Below the pieces are notes generated by a model. The model worked only from the letters and a program-made list of their open reading frames with translations. It was not told the origin of the DNA and searched no databases. From a virus (lineage: Duplodnaviria > Caudoviricetes), in IMG/VR virus record IMGVR_UViG_3300016649_000097, positions 22,585 through 86,584 of that record: 64,000 bases of DNA; one strand, 5' to 3'. Every line of letters begins with the position of its first letter. Position 1 is the first letter of the stretch. The translations under genes and the position numbers were made by a program. This document shows, piece by piece, positions 55,252 to 64,000 of the stretch.

Positions 55252-56699
55252 AGTGCAGTCCTAGAGAAAGGCGTTGAAGAGGAAGAAGGTCTTCTTGTTT
55301 CGTATTCGATAAATCTGTGGAAAGTTATTCTGACAACTGAAAAAATTGGAACCATTCTTGGGTCAAATATCTTATGTTCAATAGCCATTTGAGCAACTCT
55401 AACAGGATATCTTAGTCTGTTTCCAAGGTGAAGTTCAAGAATGGCTGGACGAATAAATCCCATATCTGAAGTTAGCCCGTTATATCGGGACCAGAATTCT
55501 CCAAGTGGAGAGTTCATAGTTTTGAACATGTATTCCATGTCATACATGGTTCCTTTTTCATGAATTTCTTTGATATCTGGAAGAATTGTTTGGTTTTCTC
55601 CAGTTCCATAGTAGGCTTGGTTTCGTATTGCTAATTGTGGATTGCCCCTGTACTTCATATCTTCCATTCGATTGAAGATTAGGTCTACTGTAATAGCGCT
55701 GCTGCTTTGAGTGAGCGGCAAAAACACATCTTTTCCAGAGGCAAGAACACCTGGATGTAAATTACTGTTTACATCGTAAACCATTTGAATTTTTTCTGGA
55801 TTATATTGAAACCTAAAACCATACAATTGAGGGTCAGGTTTTAATGCCGTAACAGCACTTCCAGATACAGGGTCTTTGTCGCCTTCTTTTACTCCAACTA
55901 GTTTGCTTTGCTCTGCGTTTAGTACTGATTTCATCCAATCTCTATTTACACGGAGAACACCTCTTCCAGGTGTTTCTCCTTTCCAATACTTGTTTACATC
56001 TCTCATTGCTCCTGGAGTTCCTGCAAATCCATCATTGTCTCCTAAAGACGCTCTTTGAGGAGATGTTGCTGAAGACGAAAGACGTGCAGGTTTTATTAAA
56101 GGCAAATTATATTTGTAATTTTTAGATGGTTTTACTGGCTCTGCTTCACCGTCTCTAGAACCAGCCCCACCAGTTCCTCCACCTGGGCCTCCTGATGGTG
56201 AAGGTATTTTAGGACTTTCATTTACTTTTCCAGAACTTGATGCATAGTTTCTTATTGCCATAGTGTTTGCTATAGCAGTTAACTGTTTTGTTAGTGCATC
56301 ATTTTTATTTTTTAAGTCTTTAATATTTGCTTGTATACGGGCTATTACTTGTTCTCTTCCAGTAACTAAACCTGCTTGTGCGTTTAATGAAGTTTGTTCT
56401 CCAGGAGTAATTGAGGTTCCTCCAGGACTGCTTGGGTCTATTGCAGTACGATACATAGTGTTGTAAGTTTTTTGATACGCTGCTTTTGCTGCTTCAGCAT
56501 TTAAAATTTCTTTGCTTAATTGTTCAATAGATAGATTATTTTTGGCTATTTGGTCTTTTAAACCTGCTGCTTTTTTTACATTTTCAGCAGCAATTCTACT
56601 TTTTTCTCTTTCTGTTTGTTGACGAGAAGTAGACACAGCAACATCTGTTTTATTACGTTCATACTCTCCTTGAGGATTGTTATAGGAGGGACCTGGCAT
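55248..56699 (-). CDS. Tail tube initiator-like protein with N-terminal coiled coil
   Basis: C-terminal FRFQYNP..IFNR..HKIFDPRMVPI; position after the tape measure. Confidence 0.6.
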   Translation of the reverse strand: MPGPSYNNPQGEYERNKTDVAVSTSRQQTEREKSRIAAENVKKAAGLKDQIAKNNLSIEQLSKEILNAEAAKAAYQKTYNTMYRTAIDPSSPGGTSITPGEQTSLNAQAGLVTGREQVIARIQANIKDLKNKNDALTKQLTAIANTMAIRNYASSSGKVNESPKIPSPSGGPGGGTGGAGSRDGEAEPVKPSKNYKYNLPLIKPARLSSSATSPQRASLGDNDGFAGTPGAMRDVNKYWKGETPGRGVLRVNRDWMKSVLNAEQSKLVGVKEGDKDPVSGSAVTALKPDPQLYGFRFQYNPEKIQMVYDVNSNLHPGVLASGKDVFLPLTQSSSAITVDLIFNRMEDMKYRGNPQLAIRNQAYYGTGENQTILPDIKEIHEKGTMYDMEYMFKTMNSPLGEFWSRYNGLTSDMGFIRPAILELHLGNRLRYPVRVAQMAIEHKIFDPRMVPIFSVVRITFHRFIEYETRRPSSSSTPFSRTAL

Positions 56700-59281
56700 T
56701 AGTTACTCCCTATCATCGAATTATTGTTTTCTCTATCAAGATAGGATTGAACCTGTCTTGCAAACTTCATTGCGGAGGCTTCGTCTGCTTGGTTAAACGT
56801 TACCGTTATGTTCACTGTTTTAGCATCTGCACCAGTTATAGTTTTTGCTGAACTTCCACCACCACGTGGGAAGTTATAGTTACTTGCTTTACCCTCACCA
56901 TGCACCCATGCTGATTGATTTACCGCTCCAAGAACAGCAGAGGTTCCAGCGTTTGCTCGTAAGGCATCTACAATTGCAGCATATCCTCGTTCTGAAGAAC
57001 GGTTACCAAGAAGAGTTTTTACAGTTGCGTTTAATCCTTCCTCCCATGAGTTATATCGTTTTACACCCACAGAATTCATAGATTCGTTATTCCCCATATC
57101 AAGAGTTGTATTTAGTGGATTGTAGTGTGCGGAGTTATTCCAGTGACCGCCTTCAAATCTCATCCATGTGTTTAGTGCTTTAACATTAGCCTTAGATGCT
57201 GGAGCACCTAATTTTTCAAGAAGACTTTTTGCCCAACCTCGTTCACTTCCAGTACCGAGAATTCCTTTGTAATTACCAGAAGTTGAAGAACTAGAGTAGT
57301 CAGTAAGGCTAGCAATAAGTGCTGGGCTAACCATGGTTCCAGTAAAGGTTGTATACGGACTGCTTACAGAAGATGGGTCGATTGGGTTGTTTAGTCCAGC
57401 CCTAACTTCATAGTGCAGGTGAGGACCGGTAGAGTTTCCTGAGTCTCCAGAGCGTGCAATTCTTTGACCCTTACTTACCTTGTCTCCAAGTTTTACTAAT
57501 CGCTCACTCAAGTGACCGTAGACTGTTTGGTATCCGTCTGGATGGGTAAGAATGATGGATGTGCCGTACTCTGAACCAGCATCGATGCTTGACACTACGC
57601 CATCCATCGCTGCAGTTACTGGACTTCCTATTGGCATTGCAAAGTCAGTTCCCGTGTGCATGCCACCAGAGGATGACCAGAGGCCACTGTCTTTATCTCC
57701 AAACATTGCAGTAACTAAGCCTTCAGGAGATGCATAGCCTCCGCCTCTTCCACCTAGTCTCTTTGCATTAAATGATGCGCCATAACCAGATGAGCCACCA
57801 CCGCTTGGTTTAGGAACTCCAGGTACTCCAGGTACTGTTGGTGTTGGAATCAATGAAGTTACCGCGACAAATGCTGAAGCGGCTGCAGTGGCTGCACCAA
57901 AACCTGATGCAACTCCCGCAAACAGAGCCGCTATTTCGTCTGGACTTCCTCCTAAACTGCTAACGATATCTCCAATACCACTTGCAATTAGAGGAAGAGC
58001 AGTAACTAAACCTTCACCAACGTTTGTTCCACCAATACCTTGAATAGTTCCTTTTAGTTCTGCTAATGGGCCCAATACATCGTCAAGTGCTGCATTAAAC
58101 AGGTCTACAGCGACTGCAGCCTTGTTAAATCCTTGAATCATTGGGGCTTCTACTGCTTGCATTGTTCTTGTTTGAGCGTAGTTTGCTTGACCTACACCTG
58201 TAAGAATTGGAATTGGATTTGATTCTCCAAGTTGTTGAAGCGTTGGGTTTTTGCCCTGAGCAAGTTGCTGGAAGTGCGCCATCATTATGTCGCGCTCAGG
58301 GCCCTGGAATAAATCGTTCAAAGCGCTTGACAAAGTTCCTGACTGCAAACCAATTGCAATTTGTTCTGCGGTTGCTCCTCGTCCACCTGTAAGTACGTTC
58401 ATTAACTCAGAAGCAATTTGATTTGAGTCTTTAAATTTCCCAGTAGCAGCATCATAAGTGTTAATGCCAAGGTTATAAAGGGCTGCTCCAGTTTGAGGAG
58501 AACGTAAATTTGCCAATGCTTGTGCTGCAGCAGCATTGTCTATTCCAAGATATCTAAATGCTCCTGCGGTTTCTCCCACCATCATCTTGAAGTTAGCCGT
58601 GTCTGGCATAAATCCACGAGAGGCAAGTAAAGGCGCTACAGCAGCATCTGCTCCAACGCTAGACATAGCATTTCTTAAACCGCCTGTTAACTGTTGGTCC
58701 AACATTTGTCGATTGCCAGTACCAATTCGTAAAGCCTGCTCTAGTCCAATACTTCTTTGTCCAAGAAGAGAGATGTCTGGAGCCATTGCATATGCGCCCG
58801 CGAAAGGAGCCAATCCAAACTTTGCTCCTGCAATCCCTCCTATAAGGAACTTTCTAGCAGTTTGCGAAAAATCTCCAGTAAAAAAGTCTCCAATAGTTCC
58901 TCCGCCGCCTCCACCGCCTCCTCCTCCACCTTCACTACCATCTGCTGTATCTAAGGCCCCTGTAAGCATTTGCATTTCTGTTGGAGCCTGCTTGAACTGC
59001 CAGTTGAAAGAGAAACTAGAGAGGCTTCCCTTCATTACATTGCCACCGGTTGGTTCTGGAGTTGCAAACTTTGCTCCAGATACGCCTAAATTCATTGTGA
59101 AGGAACCTTGTCCTACACCTGTATCTCCGCCACTTTGAAGAACACTTTGTGCGCCACCCAATGCTTCTGTGGCTTTAGTAGAAACTTTATTTAAGGAAGA
59201 GTAAAGAGCATCAATCTTCTGTTGTAGTTTTCCGACAGCACTAGTAAGGTCATTGATATTGGACAGCATCTTGTTAGCCAT
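56699..59281 (-). CDS. Tape-measure protein with M23 peptidase and lysozyme-like domains
   Basis: Ala/Gly helical body; HTGTD..YGHL..HLHYEVR; C-terminal WMRFEG..YNPLNTT. Confidence 0.85.
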   Translation of the reverse strand: MANKMLSNINDLTSAVGKLQQKIDALYSSLNKVSTKATEALGGAQSVLQSGGDTGVGQGSFTMNLGVSGAKFATPEPTGGNVMKGSLSSFSFNWQFKQAPTEMQMLTGALDTADGSEGGGGGGGGGGGTIGDFFTGDFSQTARKFLIGGIAGAKFGLAPFAGAYAMAPDISLLGQRSIGLEQALRIGTGNRQMLDQQLTGGLRNAMSSVGADAAVAPLLASRGFMPDTANFKMMVGETAGAFRYLGIDNAAAAQALANLRSPQTGAALYNLGINTYDAATGKFKDSNQIASELMNVLTGGRGATAEQIAIGLQSGTLSSALNDLFQGPERDIMMAHFQQLAQGKNPTLQQLGESNPIPILTGVGQANYAQTRTMQAVEAPMIQGFNKAAVAVDLFNAALDDVLGPLAELKGTIQGIGGTNVGEGLVTALPLIASGIGDIVSSLGGSPDEIAALFAGVASGFGAATAAASAFVAVTSLIPTPTVPGVPGVPKPSGGGSSGYGASFNAKRLGGRGGGYASPEGLVTAMFGDKDSGLWSSSGGMHTGTDFAMPIGSPVTAAMDGVVSSIDAGSEYGTSIILTHPDGYQTVYGHLSERLVKLGDKVSKGQRIARSGDSGNSTGPHLHYEVRAGLNNPIDPSSVSSPYTTFTGTMVSPALIASLTDYSSSSTSGNYKGILGTGSERGWAKSLLEKLGAPASKANVKALNTWMRFEGGHWNNSAHYNPLNTTLDMGNNESMNSVGVKRYNSWEEGLNATVKTLLGNRSSERGYAAIVDALRANAGTSAVLGAVNQSAWVHGEGKASNYNFPRGGGSSAKTITGADAKTVNITVTFNQADEASAMKFARQVQSYLDRENNNSMIGSN

Positions 59282-59282
59282 A

Positions 59283-59441
59283 TCAATCCCTTTCTTTTAC
59301 AAAACGGGCTACTTCTAGCCAGTTCTCGCGCTCCCGTGGAGACAACTGCTTTATCTCCGTTAGAGTCCAGCCTTTGAAAGACCTAGTAAGAGCCGCCCAC
59401 TCTGCTATGAGAGTCTCGTACTGAGTTACATTAGAAGCGAA
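59283..59441 (-). CDS. Tail assembly chaperone C-terminal extension (frameshift product)
   Basis: 53-codon ORF (..EWAALTRSFKGWTLTEIKQLSPRERENWL..) in the +1 frame with no in-frame start near its 5' end. Confidence 0.7.
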   Translation of the reverse strand, partial: FASNVTQYETLIAEWAALTRSFKGWTLTEIKQLSPRERENWLEVARFVKERD

Positions 59442-60234
59442 ATAAGGTCCCGAAATTAACGGGAACTCTTACCTCTTTTCCTGTATCAGGGTCTGTGACA
59501 GTTACATCATTAAACTGTGGACCAGGAAGTCTTTCGTTTATTTCATCTACGATAATCTTGCGGTCCTGTATTCCAAGGTTCTGTATTTGAGACTTACCTA
59601 GCACAGGTGCGCCGTTTATCTCAAGAACGGTGCCTTCCAACATAATCGTAGTTAATTCAGCAGATGACTTTTCAGAGTTTTTTATCATTTCTCTGTGAGT
59701 CTTGCCAGTAGGTAATTGAACGGTATACACGTTCTTCTTACTCTTGACCGTGAAATAGCGGTCATTTACTTTGTCTTGGAGAGCCTTGATAGGAATGTCG
59801 TTATCTATATCGATTTCAACTTCCTTTAGTTCTCCGTTTATGTAGGTAGGAATTACTGCGGTGTTTCCAAAGGTTGCTTTGAATATTGCAAGAAGAAGAA
59901 CATCACGGTCTCCAGATAGGATTCCATCAAGAATCTTTTCGTCAACTTTTTCTTCTCCTATTCTTACGGTTCCTCTTTGAAGGATTGTAAGAAGGGCTCT
60001 ACCTACATTTGGCGCTTTTGCTATCGCTTCTTCATCAGCGCCAGTTAACTCTCTTACCTCTGCTTCGTCTATGACTTCCCCAGTGGCTGTTACAAAGCCA
60101 CCAGGGAGAGTCACGAGATTATTCGAAGGAGAAGTAATCTTTACTTCTTTTTTCTGCGGTTTTTCATCTAACAACTCATTTACGGTTTGATTTGCCAATG
60201 CGGGATTAGCCGCTGCACTAATGGTTTTCGTCAT
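59431..60234 (-). CDS. Tail assembly chaperone
   Basis: VTLPGG..EVRELTGADEEAIA..GDRDVLLLAI; between tube and tape measure. Confidence 0.8.
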   Translation of the reverse strand: MTKTISAAANPALANQTVNELLDEKPQKKEVKITSPSNNLVTLPGGFVTATGEVIDEAEVRELTGADEEAIAKAPNVGRALLTILQRGTVRIGEEKVDEKILDGILSGDRDVLLLAIFKATFGNTAVIPTYINGELKEVEIDIDNDIPIKALQDKVNDRYFTVKSKKNVYTVQLPTGKTHREMIKNSEKSSAELTTIMLEGTVLEINGAPVLGKSQIQNLGIQDRKIIVDEINERLPGPQFNDVTVTDPDTGKEVRVPVNFGTLFRF

Positions 60235-60251
60235 TTTATTCCTTTGTTAGT

Positions 60252-60917
60252 TTATACTGCTTGTTGAGAGCCACCTGGAACACCGGCAACACCGAACTCT
60301 TCACCAGCGTTAGCGGTTAGAGACGTTGCCCAGTTGATGTCAAAACCTTCATGTACGAAGGTTGCCTGCTCAACTAGGAGAGCGTTATCTCCTGCGTTTA
60401 GGTCGGAGTATGCCACAGATGTAGGCCATGCGTTGTAGACCTCAATGCGTTTTGCAATGTGGTCTGTAGCGGCTTGATTTGGGTCTTGAGTAGAACCTGA
60501 TGCAGGAATTGGATGAGACAGAACTCTCAATTCAATATTGCAACGGAAGTTTTCGTCAATTTTCCGTGTGCTGCCACCTGCTGCAACTGTTGCAAATAGG
60601 AGGCGCATCCATTCCCAGTTCTGGTTTGTTCCAAGCATTACACCACGTTGTAAAGTCAACGGTGTGAATGTGGTTTGACCAGGAATCTGGTGAACTGTTG
60701 TGTTGTACCCACCCTCACGGTATGGGATGGAGTCTGTAGTTACCGACAGACCTGACACTGAAGTAAACCCAAAAGTTATTTGGTTAGACTTTCCGGTTTC
60801 CAATGTTGACTTTAACCCTGCTGGAAAATTCGTAAGAGGTTTAAAGACTACAAGGAACCGAAAATTGCGTAACGGGTCGGTTACCAGTGTCGAACGGTTA
60901 TTTATGATTGTTGGCAT
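60252..60917 (-). CDS. Tail tube protein (T4 gp19-like)
   Basis: DPLRNFRF..GF..SGL..IPYREGG..LTLQRG..YNAWP..L.A. Confidence 0.92.
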   Translation of the reverse strand: MPTIINNRSTLVTDPLRNFRFLVVFKPLTNFPAGLKSTLETGKSNQITFGFTSVSGLSVTTDSIPYREGGYNTTVHQIPGQTTFTPLTLQRGVMLGTNQNWEWMRLLFATVAAGGSTRKIDENFRCNIELRVLSHPIPASGSTQDPNQAATDHIAKRIEVYNAWPTSVAYSDLNAGDNALLVEQATFVHEGFDINWATSLTANAGEEFGVAGVPGGSQQAV

Positions 60918-60937
60918 TTATTTGTTTCTCCTTCGGA

Positions 60938-62449
60938 TTAATTCGCGGTCTTTTGACTTAGGTCAATGACAACGAATTCTGCTGGGTACTGGAGTGACAC
61001 ACCAACTTGGATGCGTACCTCTCCATTTGCAATCGACTGTGCAGTGTTGTTTTCTCCATCACACTTGATAAAGAAAGCGTCTGCATTTGTGGCACCACGT
61101 AAACCACCCTGATTCTTATACTCAGTCAGGAATGCAGAAATTGTGGTGCGAATTTGTGCCCATAGATTTTCATCATTATTTGCAAAAATTGCAAACTCTG
61201 TGAGATTCTTTAATTGTTTGCGGATGTAGATAAGCGAACGGCGCATATTTACATACTTGTTTGCTGTTCCATCTTGCTTGAGTGTACGTGCACCCATGAC
61301 GCAAATGCCTGCACCTGGAAGAGCACGGATTGCATTTACTGGCGATGTGCTTGCGTTCATCGTGTCGAGTTCTGTGGAGGTAAATGTACGCTCCATTACA
61401 ACTGCGCCAAGAAGAGGGGTTCCAAGACCTGCTGGAGCCTTAAACACACCACGAGATGCATCGTTTGCAAGATAAACACCAGCAATAGCACCTGATGGAC
61501 CAATTTTGCGAAGCGCACCTGCACCACGACCTAGTGGGTCAGCGATGAAATAGTGTGGGTAATAGACAGCAGCAAAACTTGTGTCAGCAAGTGCAGCAGC
61601 GGCGCTTACAGCGTTTGCTACTGTCAAATCTGGGTCAGTGTCAACAACAACGAATCCGTTGTTATCTTCTGCCCAAGAAGTTGCTGCATCAAATACTCCT
61701 GTTACTCCAGAGGCAAGAGCATTGACAACTGGGAGGAAGAGTACAAGTGGACGCTCAAGGTTTGAAAACCTTGTAAATACCGATGAGCCACCAGCCTTGT
61801 AGTTGGTGTAGTCGGTAGATGCTGTAGCGGTTCCATTTGAACCACCTGTTAGTGGGTAGGTTGCAGAAGTTAAAGACTGTCCTGCATAACCTGAATCTAC
61901 TGTTACAGTGATATTTGGCGAAACAACGTTGATAACCGTTGGGCCGTAATCACTGGAAGTAGCATCATCAAATACGATGTTTTCATAGCGCTCAAGAAGA
62001 ATGTCATCGGTGATGTCATTTGCTACACCAGACTCTTTGTATAGAGTCAGGGTATAGGTGCTTGCAACTTGACCTGCAGATAGAACTGCACGGAGGTTGT
62101 TTCCGTCTGTTCCTGCGTTCTTTGAGTCAATTGCTACCTGTGCTGCGCTTCCGCTATCGACTAGGTCGGTACCGGCTTTGACAGCGTTTGATGCAAGTAG
62201 GCGCTGAACATAGAGTTCGCGTCCACCGTTTTGGAAGAATGCTGCTACCTGGAATGTTGCTGGATAAGCGGCGTTGTATCCACCAAAGTACTTGGTAAAG
62301 TCATACCAAGAGGTTACACGGGTTACCGTTTCTGGCCCCTGTGCAAAAGGTGCAACTACTGCACCAGCAGCATCAGCACTCGGTCCTTGTGGGATTGTTG
62401 CTGGTAGTAGGCGTTCAGTGATGTAAACACCTGGGCGGCTATATGCCAT
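60938..62449 (-). CDS. Tail sheath protein
   Basis: YSRPGVYI..FFQNGG..KAPAG..VNAIR..GARTL..YVNMRR..NDENLW..PAEFVVI. Confidence 0.96.
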   Translation of the reverse strand: MAYSRPGVYITERLLPATIPQGPSADAAGAVVAPFAQGPETVTRVTSWYDFTKYFGGYNAAYPATFQVAAFFQNGGRELYVQRLLASNAVKAGTDLVDSGSAAQVAIDSKNAGTDGNNLRAVLSAGQVASTYTLTLYKESGVANDITDDILLERYENIVFDDATSSDYGPTVINVVSPNITVTVDSGYAGQSLTSATYPLTGGSNGTATASTDYTNYKAGGSSVFTRFSNLERPLVLFLPVVNALASGVTGVFDAATSWAEDNNGFVVVDTDPDLTVANAVSAAAALADTSFAAVYYPHYFIADPLGRGAGALRKIGPSGAIAGVYLANDASRGVFKAPAGLGTPLLGAVVMERTFTSTELDTMNASTSPVNAIRALPGAGICVMGARTLKQDGTANKYVNMRRSLIYIRKQLKNLTEFAIFANNDENLWAQIRTTISAFLTEYKNQGGLRGATNADAFFIKCDGENNTAQSIANGEVRIQVGVSLQYPAEFVVIDLSQKTAN

Positions 62450-62485
62450 GGTTTCTCCTAACTAAGTTGTATGGGTTCCTTATGG

Positions 62486-63202
62486 TTACGGTATGGTGAT
62501 GTCGTCTATTGTAGTGAACTGACCACGACCAATAACCTGACTTCCGTCAGTATTACCTTCGTCATCAGTAACACCCGTGATACTGAGTTCTTGCACCTTG
62601 TAGAGTTTGGTGAATGTTTCTCGTGCAATCTCGGATGAGATACGCACGGTGATTGCGTTTACGAATAAACGCTTTCCGTTCTCTGAAACATCTCTTTTTG
62701 AGATATCCAGAACATCCAAACGACGATGCGTGCCATAGACGGTATTTGGGCCCGTCAAAAGGACAGCGAATCGAAGTGGAATCTTTGTGTACAGTAACTG
62801 CGCCAGAATTTGACGGTCATGACGCGGTTGACGTGAGTATGTGGTTATTTGGTAATCAATATTTACGGGAACTGGATAGTCAATCTCCCAGTTATGGACG
62901 GTACCGTTATAGGTGACCTGTTGAACAAACTGGACGCCCTGTGTACCTTGCACACCTTGCACCATGGTTGGTGGGTTTTGAATATAGGCTGGCTTAACCT
63001 TGCCACGCATAGCACGTGTGAAATCTTCGGCAACATCAATCATATCTATGGTGATGTATGGATACTTCTGTTCACGCATTTCTTGGTCAGGTTGACCGAA
63101 CCATACGCCAACGTTACGTGCACCATCCTGCTTCTGGTCGGTGACGGTCATACCTACCAATAGGTCACGTAGGGCTTCGTCTTCAGCAAGTAGGAAACTC
63201 AT
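62486..63202 (-). CDS. Putative tail terminator/completion protein
   Basis: Position upstream of sheath; YPYITID..IDYQITTY. Confidence 0.55.
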   Translation of the reverse strand: MSFLLAEDEALRDLLVGMTVTDQKQDGARNVGVWFGQPDQEMREQKYPYITIDMIDVAEDFTRAMRGKVKPAYIQNPPTMVQGVQGTQGVQFVQQVTYNGTVHNWEIDYPVPVNIDYQITTYSRQPRHDRQILAQLLYTKIPLRFAVLLTGPNTVYGTHRRLDVLDISKRDVSENGKRLFVNAITVRISSEIARETFTKLYKVQELSITGVTDDEGNTDGSQVIGRGQFTTIDDITIP

Positions 63203-63516
63203 AGCGAGTCCTCAATATGCTTAAAAAGTCGATTGACTAGAAAGTGTTGGGCTTCTGCTGTGCGGTTATTGAACCGGCGAACGGCAGCCGTAGGCTGGGT
63301 ATCTGGAGTTCCGTACTCAAGGTCTTGGGCTTTAGCAAAATGCTTCTTGCTTACGTGGGATGCGAACCCATCTTTGCTGTATGAGACGTGCATAGAGTTG
63401 ACCACGTCATCAGACCAGCCGCTCTTACGCGCCTCTGTGCGCAGGTGCGCGGAAAGAAACCTAGTCGTTTCGTGACTGGCTTTGGTTAAAGCATCATTGA
63501 CTTTTTTTTGATTCAC
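63199..63516 (-). CDS. Putative neck/tail-completion protein
   Basis: AQDLEYGT..P.AAVRRF; morphogenesis context. Confidence 0.5.
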   Translation of the reverse strand: MNQKKVNDALTKASHETTRFLSAHLRTEARKSGWSDDVVNSMHVSYSKDGFASHVSKKHFAKAQDLEYGTPDTQPTAAVRRFNNRTAEAQHFLVNRLFKHIEDSL

Positions 63517-63686
63517 TTCTTCTTGAGGTCCTTCGCAGCGACTTTGCCACCAACGTAGCCTGCGATAAGACCTGCAATGATTGGGCGTTTATCTCTTGGT
63601 TTCCAGCCAAAAATACCACGCATGAACTCTTCAACTTCTTTGCCGTTCATTTCGGCAGCACGTTCATACCAAGGCTTCCACGCCAT
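63513..63686 (-). CDS. 57 aa protein (MAWKPWYERAAE...)
   Basis: Own translation; AAGGGG RBS; C-terminal hydrophobic segment. Confidence 0.65.
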   Translation of the reverse strand: MAWKPWYERAAEMNGKEVEEFMRGIFGWKPRDKRPIIAGLIAGYVGGKVAAKDLKKK

Positions 63687-63756
63687 TTTAAATCCCCTTT
63701 ATCGCAAGTAGTGGGTTCTACACGGAGTCCGCACGGATTTCCGATAAGGCTAGGAT

Positions 63757-63784
63757 AGAAGAAAGGCCCCTACTTGAGGGGCCT
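63757..63784 (-). terminator. Intrinsic terminator
   Basis: AGGCCCCT-caagt-AGGGGCCT then TTCTTCT. Confidence 0.7.
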
Positions 63785-63790
63785 AACTTG

Positions 63791-64000
63791 CTACTTCTTT
63801 TCTTTCTTCTCCCGCTTTTCCTCGGCCTTTTCGCCCTTCTTGCCTTCCTTCTTTTCGTGGGCCTTTTCTTTCTTCTTTATGCCCTTGATAATCTTCTTAT
63901 CAACTTTGACATCTTCTTGAAGAGTCTTAGGCTTCTTCTTTTTGCCGTGAGCCTTATCTTTCTTTTCAAACTCTTCTTTTTCTTCCTTGTCAAGACCGGC
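63791..64000 (-). CDS. C-terminus of a Lys/Glu-rich protein (starts beyond window end)
   Basis: 70 open codons ending TAG at 63791; EEKEEFEKKDK..KEKK. Confidence 0.65.
   Translation of the reverse strand, partial: AGLDKEEKEEFEKKDKAHGKKKKPKTLQEDVKVDKKIIKGIKKKEKAHEKKEGKKGEKAEEKREKKEKK

Noticed and set aside
58895-58930. Poly-Gly repeat in the tape measure
   Set aside because: Ordinary low-complexity linker with mixed codons
62297-62309. 13-bp match (AAAGTCATACCAA) to the integrase 19-bp repeat inside the sheath gene
   Set aside because: Partial, isolated and within coding sequence; plausibly chance
1-64000. tRNA/tmRNA genes, reverse transcriptase/DGR, inteins or introns
   Set aside because: No cloverleaf with T-loop or RT motif seen by eye; polymerase, helicases, RecA and RNR have normal uninterrupted lengths

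Overview
This 64 kb window is part of a large contractile-tailed (myovirus-like) dsDNA phage. The host is inferred to be an actinobacterium, probably a low-GC freshwater type, from two WhiB genes, TANNNT promoters with leaderless starts and a monomeric class II RNR. No cellular housekeeping genes, tRNAs, terminase or major capsid gene were seen. Layout: (1) 1-7755, minus strand: lysis cassette, Hsp20, HslV-like protease and a run of small enzymes sharing an N-terminal peptide tag. (2) 7.8-9.3 kb, non-coding strand switch: phased AGTWACT repeats, an AT-rich tract, a promoter and a ~600 nt highly base-paired ncRNA candidate. (3) 9.3-19.9 kb, the only plus-strand block: MoxR AAA+ and zincin-vWA pair, HNH, WhiB, UV-glycosylase-like gene, Xis-like HTH, tyrosine integrase with att-like repeats, and a transglycosylase. 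(4) 19.9-32 kb: RNR, a degenerate TGT/DpdA-like + HAD + nucleotidyltransferase trio and many small genes. (5) 32-48 kb: SpoVS, subtilase and the replication/recombination module. (6) 48-64 kb: baseplate, tape measure, tail chaperone with a probable +1 frameshift, tube and sheath. The strongest novelty candidates are the large ncRNA, the tagged small-enzyme cluster, the integrase-internal 19-bp repeats and the UUU_CGC +1 frameshift. Protein family calls come from motif recognition by eye; no database searches were run.
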